Below, piece by piece: positions 25,652 to 35,138 of a stretch of DNA of 64,000 nucleotides. Origin of the DNA: a virus. The stretch lies in the IMG/VR virus record IMGVR_UViG_3300043444_000400, positions 7,061 through 71,060 of that record. One strand, 5' to 3'. A model generated the notes under the pieces. That model saw nothing but the letters and a program-made list of their open reading frames with translations, did not search any database and was not told the DNA's origin. Position 1 is the first letter of the stretch. The number at the start of each line of letters is the position of its first letter. Made by a program: the position numbers and the translations under genes.

Positions 25652-26125
25652 ATGGGAAGTATAGAGTTTGTTCTGTCTATTGTTAAAGATAGAGGGATGA
25701 TACATCAAGCTACTTTGTTTGATTTAGCACGTACTGAGTTTCCAGGTTCTATTGCCTATGAAGCTATGATTAGGCTGTTAGAAGAAGGTAAATTCCTAAA
25801 AGTTGGGTCGTACTTTGTATTTTTGGAAGACATCCACGGTGAGAAGTATCTAAAAGTAAAGGAGCCAAGACATCAAATGCCTACTGACGAAGATTTAACA
25901 CCTGTAGAAAAGTTTGTTGCTGATGAAGTCTATTCTTTTGGATATAGACGAGATTATGAACTATACCAGGAAGCAGCGTTAAACTATTCAATGAAAGAAA
26001 TTGACCAAGCTATCAAAAAGTTAGGTCTTGTAGAGGTTGAATACCCAACCCCATTTATGCCCGTTCCTTACAGGACATGTAAGATGTATTTTCCTAAAGG
26101 TACGAAAGTAAACTTTAACAACTAG
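25652..26125 (+). CDS. hypothetical protein (possible winged helix)
   Basis: ORF track. Confidence 0.6.
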   Translation: MGSIEFVLSIVKDRGMIHQATLFDLARTEFPGSIAYEAMIRLLEEGKFLKVGSYFVFLEDIHGEKYLKVKEPRHQMPTDEDLTPVEKFVADEVYSFGYRRDYELYQEAALNYSMKEIDQAIKKLGLVEVEYPTPFMPVPYRTCKMYFPKGTKVNFNN

Positions 26126-26135
26126 GAGACCTGGT

Positions 26136-27155
26136 ATGTTTGCAATTCAAGGTTCTGACTACACGCATTTTGTTCCTCCTACAGGTGTTACAAATAATCT
26201 TCCTGTTGGAATCTACCACTATTCTTACAATACTGTACGTGAACAGCATAGCTTATCATTAGAGACTAGTCAGCTTTGTGTTAAGAAAGACATTTATGGT
26301 TTTCATACACATTTTGAACAACGTATTCTTAATACGTGGAATAAAACAAGTAAGAATCTGGGAGTTATGCTATATGGTCCACGAGGAGTTGGTAAATCAT
26401 TCTTTCTTAATAACTTACTAGCTAAGTTGAGTCTTCCTGCCATCATCATAAATGATGGTGTATATGATAATTTAGAAGCCTTTACCAAATTTCTTTCGTG
26501 GTATCCTGAACAGAGTTTTGTTCTTTTGTTTGAAGAGTTTGATAAGCAAAGCTTAGATAATGGGTACTCTTGGCCTCTTTTAGGTATTCTTGATGGAGCT
26601 AATAATACAGCCCGTCTTCTCAGTATCTTCACTACTAATCATTATCGACTTAATGAGAGGATAAGCTTTGTTATTAACTTGACTAATCGTCCTGGGCGGA
26701 TTCGTTATAAGTTCTACTTCAAACCTCTTAGTGAACAACAGGTTAGTCAGATTACAGATAGCTTAACTTTAGACCCTGATATTAAAGCTAAAGCATTAAC
26801 TGTAATTAGCAAGTTAGATACAGCTTCTTTTGATTTGGTAAGTACTATTGTTAACGAAATCATTCTGTATCCTGACTTATCGGTTTCTGAAATTCTAGAC
26901 ACTCTTTGTATCTACACACAGAGTACTATTCTAATCCAGAGAAACTACTCAACAATCGGACATGTTTTAGGGGTTAATAAAGTTAGTGACTTGTATTACA
27001 AAAATGTAATTAAGTATTTTGAATACACAACAAACTCTACTCTCTCTTTTCAGGTTACAGAAAAATGGAAAGACACAAATGATGAATTGGTCGCAACTAT
27101 AAATGTAGGTGAGGATGTCTACACTTTTGTATACGACAATGGCTTGAATGATTAA
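26136..27155 (+). CDS. AAA+ ATPase
   Basis: GPRGVGKS, FEEFDK, TTN, NRPGRIRY. Confidence 0.85.
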   Translation: MFAIQGSDYTHFVPPTGVTNNLPVGIYHYSYNTVREQHSLSLETSQLCVKKDIYGFHTHFEQRILNTWNKTSKNLGVMLYGPRGVGKSFFLNNLLAKLSLPAIIINDGVYDNLEAFTKFLSWYPEQSFVLLFEEFDKQSLDNGYSWPLLGILDGANNTARLLSIFTTNHYRLNERISFVINLTNRPGRIRYKFYFKPLSEQQVSQITDSLTLDPDIKAKALTVISKLDTASFDLVSTIVNEIILYPDLSVSEILDTLCIYTQSTILIQRNYSTIGHVLGVNKVSDLYYKNVIKYFEYTTNSTLSFQVTEKWKDTNDELVATINVGEDVYTFVYDNGLND

Positions 27156-27362
27156 CTAACCAAAGGTAAAACAATGAAAGGGTGGTCTTTGTTTTTATTC
27201 AGCATCAAGTGTGCATTTATCTATACAGTGGTAGGTAGCATAGGAATACGTATGTTACAATACGACATAAACCCATTCCAAAGTATGCTTATTCTGTTGT
27301 TGATGTATATTGCTGTAGCGATTACCTACAAAGCATAGTAAGAGTAATCACCTATATTATGT

Positions 27363-27560
27363 ATGATAAGGCTTCAAATCAAATTCTATAACAAACCAAC
27401 GTATCTCCCTCTAGCAGCTAAGATTCTTCCTGATAACGTTGTAGAGTTTACGTTGCCTTATCATACTGACTTACCTAAATTTGAACAATTAGTTAGTTCT
27501 TGGGATACGTCTGGTAGAAAACCTGTAGTACAAAAGATAATTTATGAAACAGAATCATGA
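27363..27560 (+). CDS. hypothetical protein
   Basis: ORF track. Confidence 0.55.
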   Translation: MIRLQIKFYNKPTYLPLAAKILPDNVVEFTLPYHTDLPKFEQLVSSWDTSGRKPVVQKIIYETES

Positions 27561-27907
27561 TTAATACAATTTTAGCTTTAGGAATTACTTTCGTTGGACC
27601 CTATAACCAAGCTCTGTATGAACGGTCCCCTAGTCCAATGTATAGACCTGAGTATTATTTATGTTCAAATCTTCATACTAATTATGGACATTGCTATAAA
27701 GTAACGAATATTCCCGTAACAAATAAGCCTTACCCCTTTACAACTAACTTTCCTTATCAGCTACAGTTTACTTGCAATACCTATACATACTCGGTGTATG
27801 ATAGTAGGTTTAATGCTAATGGTTATTACTTCTATACAGATTGGTTTAACAATAATCCACCAGCAAAGCTTATTACAGACTGTACTGGTGGAGGATTACA
27901 ATTTTAA
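27557..27907 (+). CDS. hypothetical protein, possibly secreted
   Basis: Hydrophobic N-terminus, four Cys. Confidence 0.55.
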   Translation: MINTILALGITFVGPYNQALYERSPSPMYRPEYYLCSNLHTNYGHCYKVTNIPVTNKPYPFTTNFPYQLQFTCNTYTYSVYDSRFNANGYYFYTDWFNNNPPAKLITDCTGGGLQF

Positions 27908-28200
27908 TCAACTACAATCTTATACCCTTTACTAGACTCCTTTTTATTCATAATTACAGTGAGCATTCCATCTTGGTATGAAGCTGTAATTCTTTTTGTG
28001 TCTACAGAACTAGGGATACTATAGAGACCTGAGTTCTTTACATGCAGATAAGGACGTTCATCGTAGAAACGAACATTAACCTCTACATCTTCTTTCTTAG
28101 TACCAGCAATATTAAATTTAGCTGTAAAGGCATCTTTAGTTTCGTTATAAGAAGAAGTGAACATAGAATCGATTACATCAAATAAAGTGTAGTATTTCAT
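27904..28200 (-). CDS. hsp20: small heat-shock protein (Hsp20)
   Basis: NIAGTKKEDVEV...IPSSVDTKRITASYQDGMLTV alpha-crystallin motif. Confidence 0.88.
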   Translation of the reverse strand: MKYYTLFDVIDSMFTSSYNETKDAFTAKFNIAGTKKEDVEVNVRFYDERPYLHVKNSGLYSIPSSVDTKRITASYQDGMLTVIMNKKESSKGYKIVVD

Positions 28201-28289
28201 AATGCTTATCGGTATAGATTATCTTTAACCATATCGTATTTTATATTAACCATAAAGACAAGTAGAGTTTACCGTAATTGAGGTTTACC

Positions 28290-28544
28290 ATGTGGAATAA
28301 ATTAGAGGATTGTTATTTTAAGCTTGATTGTTACCTTGATAAAGTAGTATTTGAATTAAAGTCTAATGCTATTTTGTGGCATATTTACATCTTTCATATG
28401 CCAGAAGATGAGGATTTACAAAAAGCTTTCTTTAATATTCTCATGAATGCTCCTACTGTCTTCACGGATTATTATTTTTTTATTGCCTACATTCGTAAAG
28501 ACTCTTATCTTAATCATAAATTTTGGCTTAAGGATAAACTTTAA
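28290..28544 (+). CDS. hypothetical protein, LW(Y/H)xxxF paralog family
   Basis: Similar to the C-terminal part of 28544..29002; GAGGT SD. Confidence 0.6.
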   Translation: MWNKLEDCYFKLDCYLDKVVFELKSNAILWHIYIFHMPEDEDLQKAFFNILMNAPTVFTDYYFFIAYIRKDSYLNHKFWLKDKL

Positions 28545-29002
28545 TGAACAAGAATAAACAAGAACAATTAGAAGCTAACGGATGGAAAGTTGGGACTGTA
28601 GCAGAGTTCTTAGGGTTAACACCTGAGGAAGAAGACATGGTAGAGGAGCAACTTTATAATCAAGACTCTAACCTTTTAATTGGTATTGACCACGTACTTA
28701 GTTTCCTAAGTAGTATTTACCATTGGCCCTACAAAGTTGCTTGGGAGGTTGATCGTTGGGTAACGAATTCTTTTCGCTTTGATTGTCTTCTGTGGTATCG
28801 ATATATGTTTCATACGGACCATGAAGAGTATCATAATAGAGCCTATTTTGATCAGCTAGGTAATTTTGATTATTATGAAGAAAAAGAAGGCTATGCTGAT
28901 GCCTGGTGTAATTTTCTTGATGATGTAGAGGCTAGATTCGACTGGGACCATCCAGAAAATGAATTTAACTTATTGAAACCCACAACTACACACTTTAGAT
29001 AA
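28544..29002 (+). CDS. antitoxin-like N-terminal peptide fused to an LWYR-family domain
   Basis: MNKNKQEQLEANGWKVGTVAEFLGLTPEE matches the N-terminus of XRE-HTH antitoxins of RelE/HigB-type toxins; no HTH follows. Confidence 0.65.
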   Translation: MNKNKQEQLEANGWKVGTVAEFLGLTPEEEDMVEEQLYNQDSNLLIGIDHVLSFLSSIYHWPYKVAWEVDRWVTNSFRFDCLLWYRYMFHTDHEEYHNRAYFDQLGNFDYYEEKEGYADAWCNFLDDVEARFDWDHPENEFNLLKPTTTHFR

Positions 29003-29005
29003 ATA

Positions 29006-29014
29006 TGTTATAGT
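29006..29014 (+). promoter_or_regulatory. extended -10 promoter for the tRNA pair
   Basis: TGTTATAGT ending 7 nt before tRNA-fMet. Confidence 0.5.
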
Positions 29015-29021
29015 GGTCAAT

Positions 29022-29094
29022 AGCGGAGTGACGCAGTGGTTAGCGTGACGGGTTCATACCCCGTAAGTCCTAGGTTCAAATCCTAGCTCCGCCA
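29022..29094 (+). tRNA. trnfM: initiator tRNA-fMet(CAU)
   Basis: A1xC72 mismatch, three G-C pairs closing the anticodon stem ACGGG-TTCATAC-CCCGT, CTAGG-TTCAAAT-CCTAG T arm. Confidence 0.92.
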
Positions 29095-29095
29095 C

Positions 29096-29200
29096 GACTA
29101 GGTGCCGGAGTGGTTGAACGGTGATACATACTAAAGACTCTTGAGGGAGGTATGATACTCAATTCTTAGGAGTCCCTGGGTTCGGATCCCAGTCTAGTCT
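29096..29200 (+). ncRNA. tRNA-Ser-like RNA lacking a canonical anticodon arm
   Basis: GACTAGG/TCTAGTC acceptor, Ser-type D arm CCG-GAGTGGTTGAA-CGG, T arm CTGGG-TTCGGAT-CCCAG; central part is a 12-bp hairpin plus a potential pseudoknot. Confidence 0.7.
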
Positions 29201-29360
29201 TTTCATAAACTTAATATGAGGTTTCACCAATGGAAATTGCTCCTTTTGTGATTGCATTCTTTCTGTTTTGGGATTTTTCCAAACCAACGAAAGAAAAGAA
29301 GAAACCAAAGAAAGAAGCTCTTTACACAATTGAAGTCTACGAAAATAAGGAGTCTAAGTA

Positions 29361-29768
29361 ATGGCTATCCAGTTTCTTAAAGTAGAAGTTACTAAGTACG
29401 CTAAGTGTGGAACTATTAACCCTTATTCAGACCAATGCTGTGTTGTTAAGATTTGGTCTCGTTGGATAGAGGGTACAGAAGCTCTTAGCACTGTGTATGC
29501 TCCTAGCTATAAGCCTGTTCTTTATTACGATTCAGACTTAGAAGTTGTTGATTGGGATACTACATCTAAACAATACTGGATTGAACATCCTACTATGCCT
29601 TATCTACGAACTCGTAATGACCTGATTAAATACCAAGAGTATATTCAACTTAACCCAATTACTACAACTACTCTTGACTTAATTAGTGAACACATTAAGA
29701 AGAAAGACCAATTAGACAATCGTAGTTGGTTGGAGTTAATTCGAGTCCTTGATATATTTTTGGATTAA
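29361..29768 (+). CDS. hypothetical protein
   Basis: ORF track, AAGGAG SD. Confidence 0.65.
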   Translation: MAIQFLKVEVTKYAKCGTINPYSDQCCVVKIWSRWIEGTEALSTVYAPSYKPVLYYDSDLEVVDWDTTSKQYWIEHPTMPYLRTRNDLIKYQEYIQLNPITTTTLDLISEHIKKKDQLDNRSWLELIRVLDIFLD

Positions 29769-29770
29769 TA

Positions 29771-30211
29771 ATGCATAACTTTCTAATTACTTGTGTTAAG
29801 CATAATTTTGTAACGGTTGGACTTAGAGAGAATCTAGACAATCTTCACTTCTGGTTAAAACTAATGTTCACATTGGAATCAGATGTTAGATATAGTAGAG
29901 TATTTTTTGATTGGTTAGCCGGTGAATATGATACTACGGAGGATTATCCTGAGTGTGACCCTTTCCATATGAACTATATTGACTTTCTAGATGATTCTGA
30001 TACATCTCATCCAGTAGGGGTTATTGCTCATGAATTAAGTCATTTTACAAATGATTTAATCTTTACCCTAGTTCTTTGGTATAGGATTGTTTTCTTTCGT
30101 GGGGGTGAAAACTTTACGGAGTTGTTCTATTATTTTTTAGGGCATACCCCATGCAATGACTTATACAATACTCCTCTGCGTAACCAATATATGTTTTGGA
30201 ATCATCTATGA
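29771..30211 (+). CDS. hypothetical protein, LWYR family
   Basis: Clear tandem duplicate of 30208..30648. Confidence 0.7.
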   Translation: MHNFLITCVKHNFVTVGLRENLDNLHFWLKLMFTLESDVRYSRVFFDWLAGEYDTTEDYPECDPFHMNYIDFLDDSDTSHPVGVIAHELSHFTNDLIFTLVLWYRIVFFRGGENFTELFYYFLGHTPCNDLYNTPLRNQYMFWNHL

Positions 30212-30648
30212 ACAATTCCCTAATCTCAGGTCTTTCAGATAATCTTGAAAACTTCAGTGCCTGGTTACGCCTACTCTGGACTTTAGATACAGACCCTAAG
30301 TACACTAGAGTGTTTTTTAATCTCATATCAGGTGAGTATTCTCTATCTGAATATCCTGATAGTGACCCTTTTAGTGAAGACTATATGGATTTTATCCGTG
30401 ATTGCTACTATGACCATCCGGTATGGCCAATTGCTTATGAGCTAGGTTGGTTCATGGATGACTTAGTTCTTACTATTCGTCTTTGGTATCGAATCATTTT
30501 CTTTCGGGATGGTGAGAATTATACAGACCTACTGTATTACTATCTGGGTCATACACGATGTGGGAACTTAGATGATGATTGTGGCATCTTAGGACATCAG
30601 TATATGTTCTGGGACTATGTTTGGTGGTGTGATACGTACTTTATCTAA
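30208..30648 (+). CDS. hypothetical protein, LWYR family
   Basis: Clear tandem duplicate of 29771..30211; ATGA overlap. Confidence 0.7.
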   Translation: MNNSLISGLSDNLENFSAWLRLLWTLDTDPKYTRVFFNLISGEYSLSEYPDSDPFSEDYMDFIRDCYYDHPVWPIAYELGWFMDDLVLTIRLWYRIIFFRDGENYTDLLYYYLGHTRCGNLDDDCGILGHQYMFWDYVWWCDTYFI

Positions 30649-30663
30649 GAAGGGGTTATTACC

Positions 30664-32001
30664 ATGAGCTATGAAGCTATTGTTTGTCGAATTAAGACCT
30701 ACCCTCATCCTAATGCGGATAAGATTCAGTTAGGGATGGCTCAGGGTAGTCAAGTTGTGATTGGTCTTGATATTAAAGACCAACAGTTAGGGGTATTCTT
30801 TCCTTCTGATGGTGCATTGACGGATGAGTTCTGTACGGCCAACAACCTATATCCCATATATGATGAGAATGGAAAAAAGACTGGAGGAGGTTTTATTGAT
30901 CCTAAGCAGCGACGTGTTAAAGCTCAAACTTTTCGAGGTCAACGTTCTGAAGGATTCTGGTTACCTTTATCTCATTTCACCTATACGGGATATCCTCTAG
31001 GCGCATTTCGAGAGGGGTATACGTTTACAAGTCTTAACGGGCATGAGATTTGTTACAAGTATGTTGTACCTAGTGAAAGGCTACATATATCTCATTTCTC
31101 ATCTACCGGGTATCTCCTAGGGGCATTTCAAGGAAGAAAGATTCTTTCTAATAAGAAAGAGCTAACTCAGCTTCCTATGCACTTAGAGACTAAGAAGTTC
31201 CGATATGAAGTAGAGGCACTTAAGCACAAAAAGAATTGTACTTTCTATGTTACAGAGAAGCTACATGGTACATCGGGTCGTACAGGGTATGTACAGGTAG
31301 AACGAAAGAAAACTTGGTGGATGAATCTACTTGAGAAATATCTGAAAATTAAGATTGATACAAATGAGTATCAACTAGTTACAGGTACACGACAAACACT
31401 CCAATTTGGTTATTCTGGACGTGATTCTTATCGTTATCTTGTAAGTGATGTTCTTGCTCCTTTTATCAAGAAAGGAGAATCCGTTTATTATGAGATTCTA
31501 GGGTATAAGTTGGATGGGGGTAAGATTCAACATGATATGTCCCCTAAGGCAGTAGATAAGGAGTTTGCTGAACAATGGGGTGACAGTATGAACTGGTGTT
31601 ATGGGCGTACACCAGAATCCCCCCTATTGGTAGCAATTTATAACTGGACCCTTATTACAGAGACAGGAACTAAATTTACTTACCCTTGGGACTACATTAC
31701 CTACAGAGTGAATAAGATTGCTCAAGTTCTAAATAATCCTAAAGTTGAGGTAATTACTGTGCCTATGCTACACAGGTTCACCTCAGAGGATTTGAATATT
31801 ATGAACTTATCGGGTTTCATTGAACTGCTAACAGAACAACCTTCTACTTTTAATACATGTTATCGAGAAGGTGTCTGTATCCGAGTAGAACGGAATGGAA
31901 CTCTGTATGATATTTACAAGAACAAATCTTTTCCCTTTCGTATGATGGAACAAGGGAATAAGGATAAAGATATTATTGACATTGAAGAAACCGAGGGATA
32001 A
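30664..32001 (+). CDS. RNA ligase (Rnl2 / DRB0094 family)
   Basis: N-terminal HPNADKIQL OB-like domain; TEKLHGTS, YYEI, EGVCIR, KNKS motifs. Confidence 0.88.
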   Translation: MSYEAIVCRIKTYPHPNADKIQLGMAQGSQVVIGLDIKDQQLGVFFPSDGALTDEFCTANNLYPIYDENGKKTGGGFIDPKQRRVKAQTFRGQRSEGFWLPLSHFTYTGYPLGAFREGYTFTSLNGHEICYKYVVPSERLHISHFSSTGYLLGAFQGRKILSNKKELTQLPMHLETKKFRYEVEALKHKKNCTFYVTEKLHGTSGRTGYVQVERKKTWWMNLLEKYLKIKIDTNEYQLVTGTRQTLQFGYSGRDSYRYLVSDVLAPFIKKGESVYYEILGYKLDGGKIQHDMSPKAVDKEFAEQWGDSMNWCYGRTPESPLLVAIYNWTLITETGTKFTYPWDYITYRVNKIAQVLNNPKVEVITVPMLHRFTSEDLNIMNLSGFIELLTEQPSTFNTCYREGVCIRVERNGTLYDIYKNKSFPFRMMEQGNKDKDIIDIEETEG

Positions 32002-32380
32002 TTCTAATCCAATAAGGTATACCAGAAACTTAAAAGACGGTATACATTATTTCACACCTTATTACAATGAGGAGAAAAACAATTTGGATGTTACATTACC
32101 ATCTAAATTAGTTGAGTTTATAGCTTCCTGTGATAGCCCTTGCATATCTATAGACTTACATGACAGAACTCTTAGATTAAATATTAACCATGATGAACTT
32201 TGCCTAGAGCTTAGTTTTGATAATCTTACTAACGAGAGTTTCTTGCACGAACTAAAGCTAAAAGTTAGTGCTCTTATGGAATCAGAATATGTCTGTTTTA
32301 TAGACCTACTAAATGATGACCATGTTTTTCTTAAGTATCTAGTTGAGAATGAGGTTCTAAATGGAAATCACCATCCCTGA
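31976..32380 (+). CDS. hypothetical protein, family shared with 34476 and 34766
   Basis: ESFLHELK...FLKYLVENEVL pattern. Confidence 0.6.
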   Translation: MTLKKPRDNSNPIRYTRNLKDGIHYFTPYYNEEKNNLDVTLPSKLVEFIASCDSPCISIDLHDRTLRLNINHDELCLELSFDNLTNESFLHELKLKVSALMESEYVCFIDLLNDDHVFLKYLVENEVLNGNHHP

Positions 32381-33545
32381 AACTATTGCGTCATGGTTAA
32401 AGCTATTCCCTAACAGTGAACTAGGAGTAGACTTCGAGGAGATTTATCTTAATTTTGGAGGCTATATTATTGTAAGAGTTGATAGAGGGAAAGACTTAGA
32501 ATTTCCTCTAGTTGATGGTCTTAAGCACTATGTGGATTGTGTACGTTCTTCAAAGAATGAAGAGCTAAAAAAGATGAGTATTCCAGAAAAATCTCTGGAA
32601 CAAATATTTACTAAAGAACAATTTGACTTTCTATGTTCTTTAGGAGTGATTACCCTTAGTAAAGAATACATTATTGCACCTTATATGGAGAACCAAATTA
32701 TGCCTTTACAATTACCTACTGCTCCTCTTGCTCCTACTAACTTAGAGCCTTCCTTAATGCTTCTTTCTGGTCCTCCTAAATTAGGTAAGACCTCTGCAAC
32801 CTTACAACTTCCTAATAGTTTTCTTATTGACTTAGAAGGTAGTGCTACTAAGTTTGGAGGGAATTACATTAATCTTATTGAACAACTTCCTTTAATTAAC
32901 CACGAAAGAAAATTGGCTAAACAATCACCTGTAGGTCTTGGTACTCTATACTTTGAAAGTATAGAGCTTATTAAGACTGCTAATATTGACGCGGGTAAAC
33001 CCATTTATGACTTCATTATTCTAGATAATACTTCTGTAATTGGTGAACTAGCTTATCCTTTAGCTACAAAGATGTATAAGGAGACACTAGCGGGTAAGAA
33101 TTTTAGAGGGTCTGATGTTACAGCAGAACTTCCTATGGGTGCTGGATGGAATTGGTATTCCAAAGCTTTTCTTTCGTTAGTTAAACCTTTAGAGTCTCTT
33201 GCTAATAAGTGTGTAATTATTCTTGCTCATACTAAGAATACTGAGGTTACTAAAAATGGGTATGGGACTTTCTCTATTACAGACCTAGAGATTTCTGGTA
33301 ATAAGAGTAAAGCGAGTATTCTTCGTAATTGTGATACTCAAGGACTACTGGTTCGTGCTAAAGAGTTAACTGATGATGGACGATACCAGAATATGATTAC
33401 CTTCCGTAGTCGTGATGAAGGTGACATTATTGGTTGTCGGTCTCCCTACCTAGCTAATAAAGACATTATTATCTCTGATTGGCATCCTGAGACCTATGAG
33501 GTACGGACTTACTGGGAACGTATTTTTCCTTCTATTAAGGAGTAG
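32361..33545 (+). CDS. AAA_24/Sak4-like ATPase with N-terminal paralog-family extension
   Basis: GPPKLGKT, LIDLEG, IILDN, IILAH; second possible start at 32700 after GGAG. Confidence 0.8.
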   Translation: MEITIPETIASWLKLFPNSELGVDFEEIYLNFGGYIIVRVDRGKDLEFPLVDGLKHYVDCVRSSKNEELKKMSIPEKSLEQIFTKEQFDFLCSLGVITLSKEYIIAPYMENQIMPLQLPTAPLAPTNLEPSLMLLSGPPKLGKTSATLQLPNSFLIDLEGSATKFGGNYINLIEQLPLINHERKLAKQSPVGLGTLYFESIELIKTANIDAGKPIYDFIILDNTSVIGELAYPLATKMYKETLAGKNFRGSDVTAELPMGAGWNWYSKAFLSLVKPLESLANKCVIILAHTKNTEVTKNGYGTFSITDLEISGNKSKASILRNCDTQGLLVRAKELTDDGRYQNMITFRSRDEGDIIGCRSPYLANKDIIISDWHPETYEVRTYWERIFPSIKE

Positions 33546-33550
33546 TTTTT

Positions 33551-34474
33551 ATGCATGAAGCTTACAAGGTTTGGAAGTCTCTTATGTTCGTTAAAGGGCA
33601 AACTGAAAGTGGGACTAACTGGAGACGGGATAAGTTCTTTAAGGTTCTAAATCAGCCTTTTTACCAAAGAGATTATAAGTATGGACCTAAGAAAGCATTT
33701 ACTGAAGCTGTATGGGTATTTGTTAAGTTTATCTCAAAGGATGTAATAACCCCTAAAGTAGAAGACCTGGTATACCTATATTTCAAACACTTTGATTTTG
33801 TTGCTGACCTTTTAGAAAGAGAACACTGGGATAGGGTATATTATATTTACTTCCTTTTAGGTCTTCCTTTTAAGAACTTTAATAGCTGGAAATGCCTGAT
33901 TTGCAATAAAGATATTAAGTCTCTTTACTTATATCGAAATAGTTTTTGGAATTACCTTAATTTTGGTTATTTTGAAATAATTCATGAAGTTGGATACTCT
34001 AATGATATTTATCATCAAGGTATTCCAATCATTCATCATCTTCCTAGTGATAGAGCTTTATCTTGGGAAGAGTGGGTTGAATACTATGGGGCTTATGAAG
34101 ATGAACAGAGTCTACAGAGTCTTAGGTATTTCTACAATAAAACTAACTCTACCGGCTATCTTGAGAACGGTATTGTTAGATGTTGGGATGACTTTACTCA
34201 GAGCCACACGACCTTTGATGGTTTAGACTGGGGTATCTTAGAGCTACGAGATTGGAATCCTGGATATGAATATAGTAGAAAGTATGGCATAGAGGTAGAC
34301 ACATCGGGTAAATATCAATTTACAGTGACTATCCGAGGTATTGATGATTATAGTTGGACTAAGGACCATACTACTTTAGAAGAAGCTTATGAAACACATA
34401 GGTTAGTAGCTAAAGCTCAACCCATTACTTATGGGTATCTTGTTAAGGATTTAGGTTTTCACTTCAGTAACTAG
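33551..34474 (+). CDS. hypothetical protein
   Basis: 307-aa ORF. Confidence 0.7.
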   Translation: MHEAYKVWKSLMFVKGQTESGTNWRRDKFFKVLNQPFYQRDYKYGPKKAFTEAVWVFVKFISKDVITPKVEDLVYLYFKHFDFVADLLEREHWDRVYYIYFLLGLPFKNFNSWKCLICNKDIKSLYLYRNSFWNYLNFGYFEIIHEVGYSNDIYHQGIPIIHHLPSDRALSWEEWVEYYGAYEDEQSLQSLRYFYNKTNSTGYLENGIVRCWDDFTQSHTTFDGLDWGILELRDWNPGYEYSRKYGIEVDTSGKYQFTVTIRGIDDYSWTKDHTTLEEAYETHRLVAKAQPITYGYLVKDLGFHFSN

Positions 34475-34475
34475 T

Positions 34476-34775
34476 ATGATTTTTATATCTTTAGCATCAG
34501 GTGGATGTGATTACAGATGTGTAGGTTTTGATATAGAGGTCTTACAGCTTATTGACTTACTTAAGGATAACTACATTGAGTGGGATGACATATTTCACCG
34601 AGTAAATGTAGAAATCTACGATATAGTGATTACCCCAGATGTAGGACTACATGTAACTATGGAATCTTTTATCAATAGCCTAAAGGATAAGAAAGTTCAT
34701 GAGAGGCTAGTTAAATATCAAGAGACGGCTTTTCTAGATAAGTTGGAAGAATTAGGTGTTAACCCATGGGAATAA
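34476..34775 (+). CDS. hypothetical protein (paralog family)
   Basis: TMESFINSLKD...YQETAFLDKLEELG. Confidence 0.65.
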   Translation: MIFISLASGGCDYRCVGFDIEVLQLIDLLKDNYIEWDDIFHRVNVEIYDIVITPDVGLHVTMESFINSLKDKKVHERLVKYQETAFLDKLEELGVNPWE

Positions 34776-35086
34776 GCTATCTACGTATTCCATTTGAAGA
34801 AAATACCCCTGTTTATTTGGATTGTCGAATTGTAGAACTTCTCTCTTATTTGAACTATCCAAAGATTATTAATGCGGGGTCTTTGCTCTTAGAGATTGAG
34901 CTAACAGACTATACGAGTATCCATTTCTATATATGTGACCAAGGAAAAATCACATTAGAAGCTTTTCTAGATAGACTGAAAGATGTTTATGACCATCTGC
35001 TTGATTATGGAGAGACACGATTTCTTGATAGACTAGTTGAGCTTGGTCACTTAAAAACTAATATCGTGTACGAGTGGCCTCAATAA
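34766..35086 (+). CDS. hypothetical protein (paralog family)
   Basis: TLEAFLDRLKD...YGETRFLDRLVELG. Confidence 0.65.
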   Translation: MGISYLRIPFEENTPVYLDCRIVELLSYLNYPKIINAGSLLLEIELTDYTSIHFYICDQGKITLEAFLDRLKDVYDHLLDYGETRFLDRLVELGHLKTNIVYEWPQ

Positions 35087-35138
35087 TATAAGGTAACTTC
35101 CTGGATATTTCTCTTTCGTTGTTTGTATATTAGATTTT

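Noticed and set aside
29096-29200. Normal tRNA-Ser/Leu, or a Y RNA (YrlA)
   Set aside because: No valid anticodon stem-loop can be drawn. Unlike YrlA, the free ends are at the acceptor stem, and no Ro60 gene is seen.
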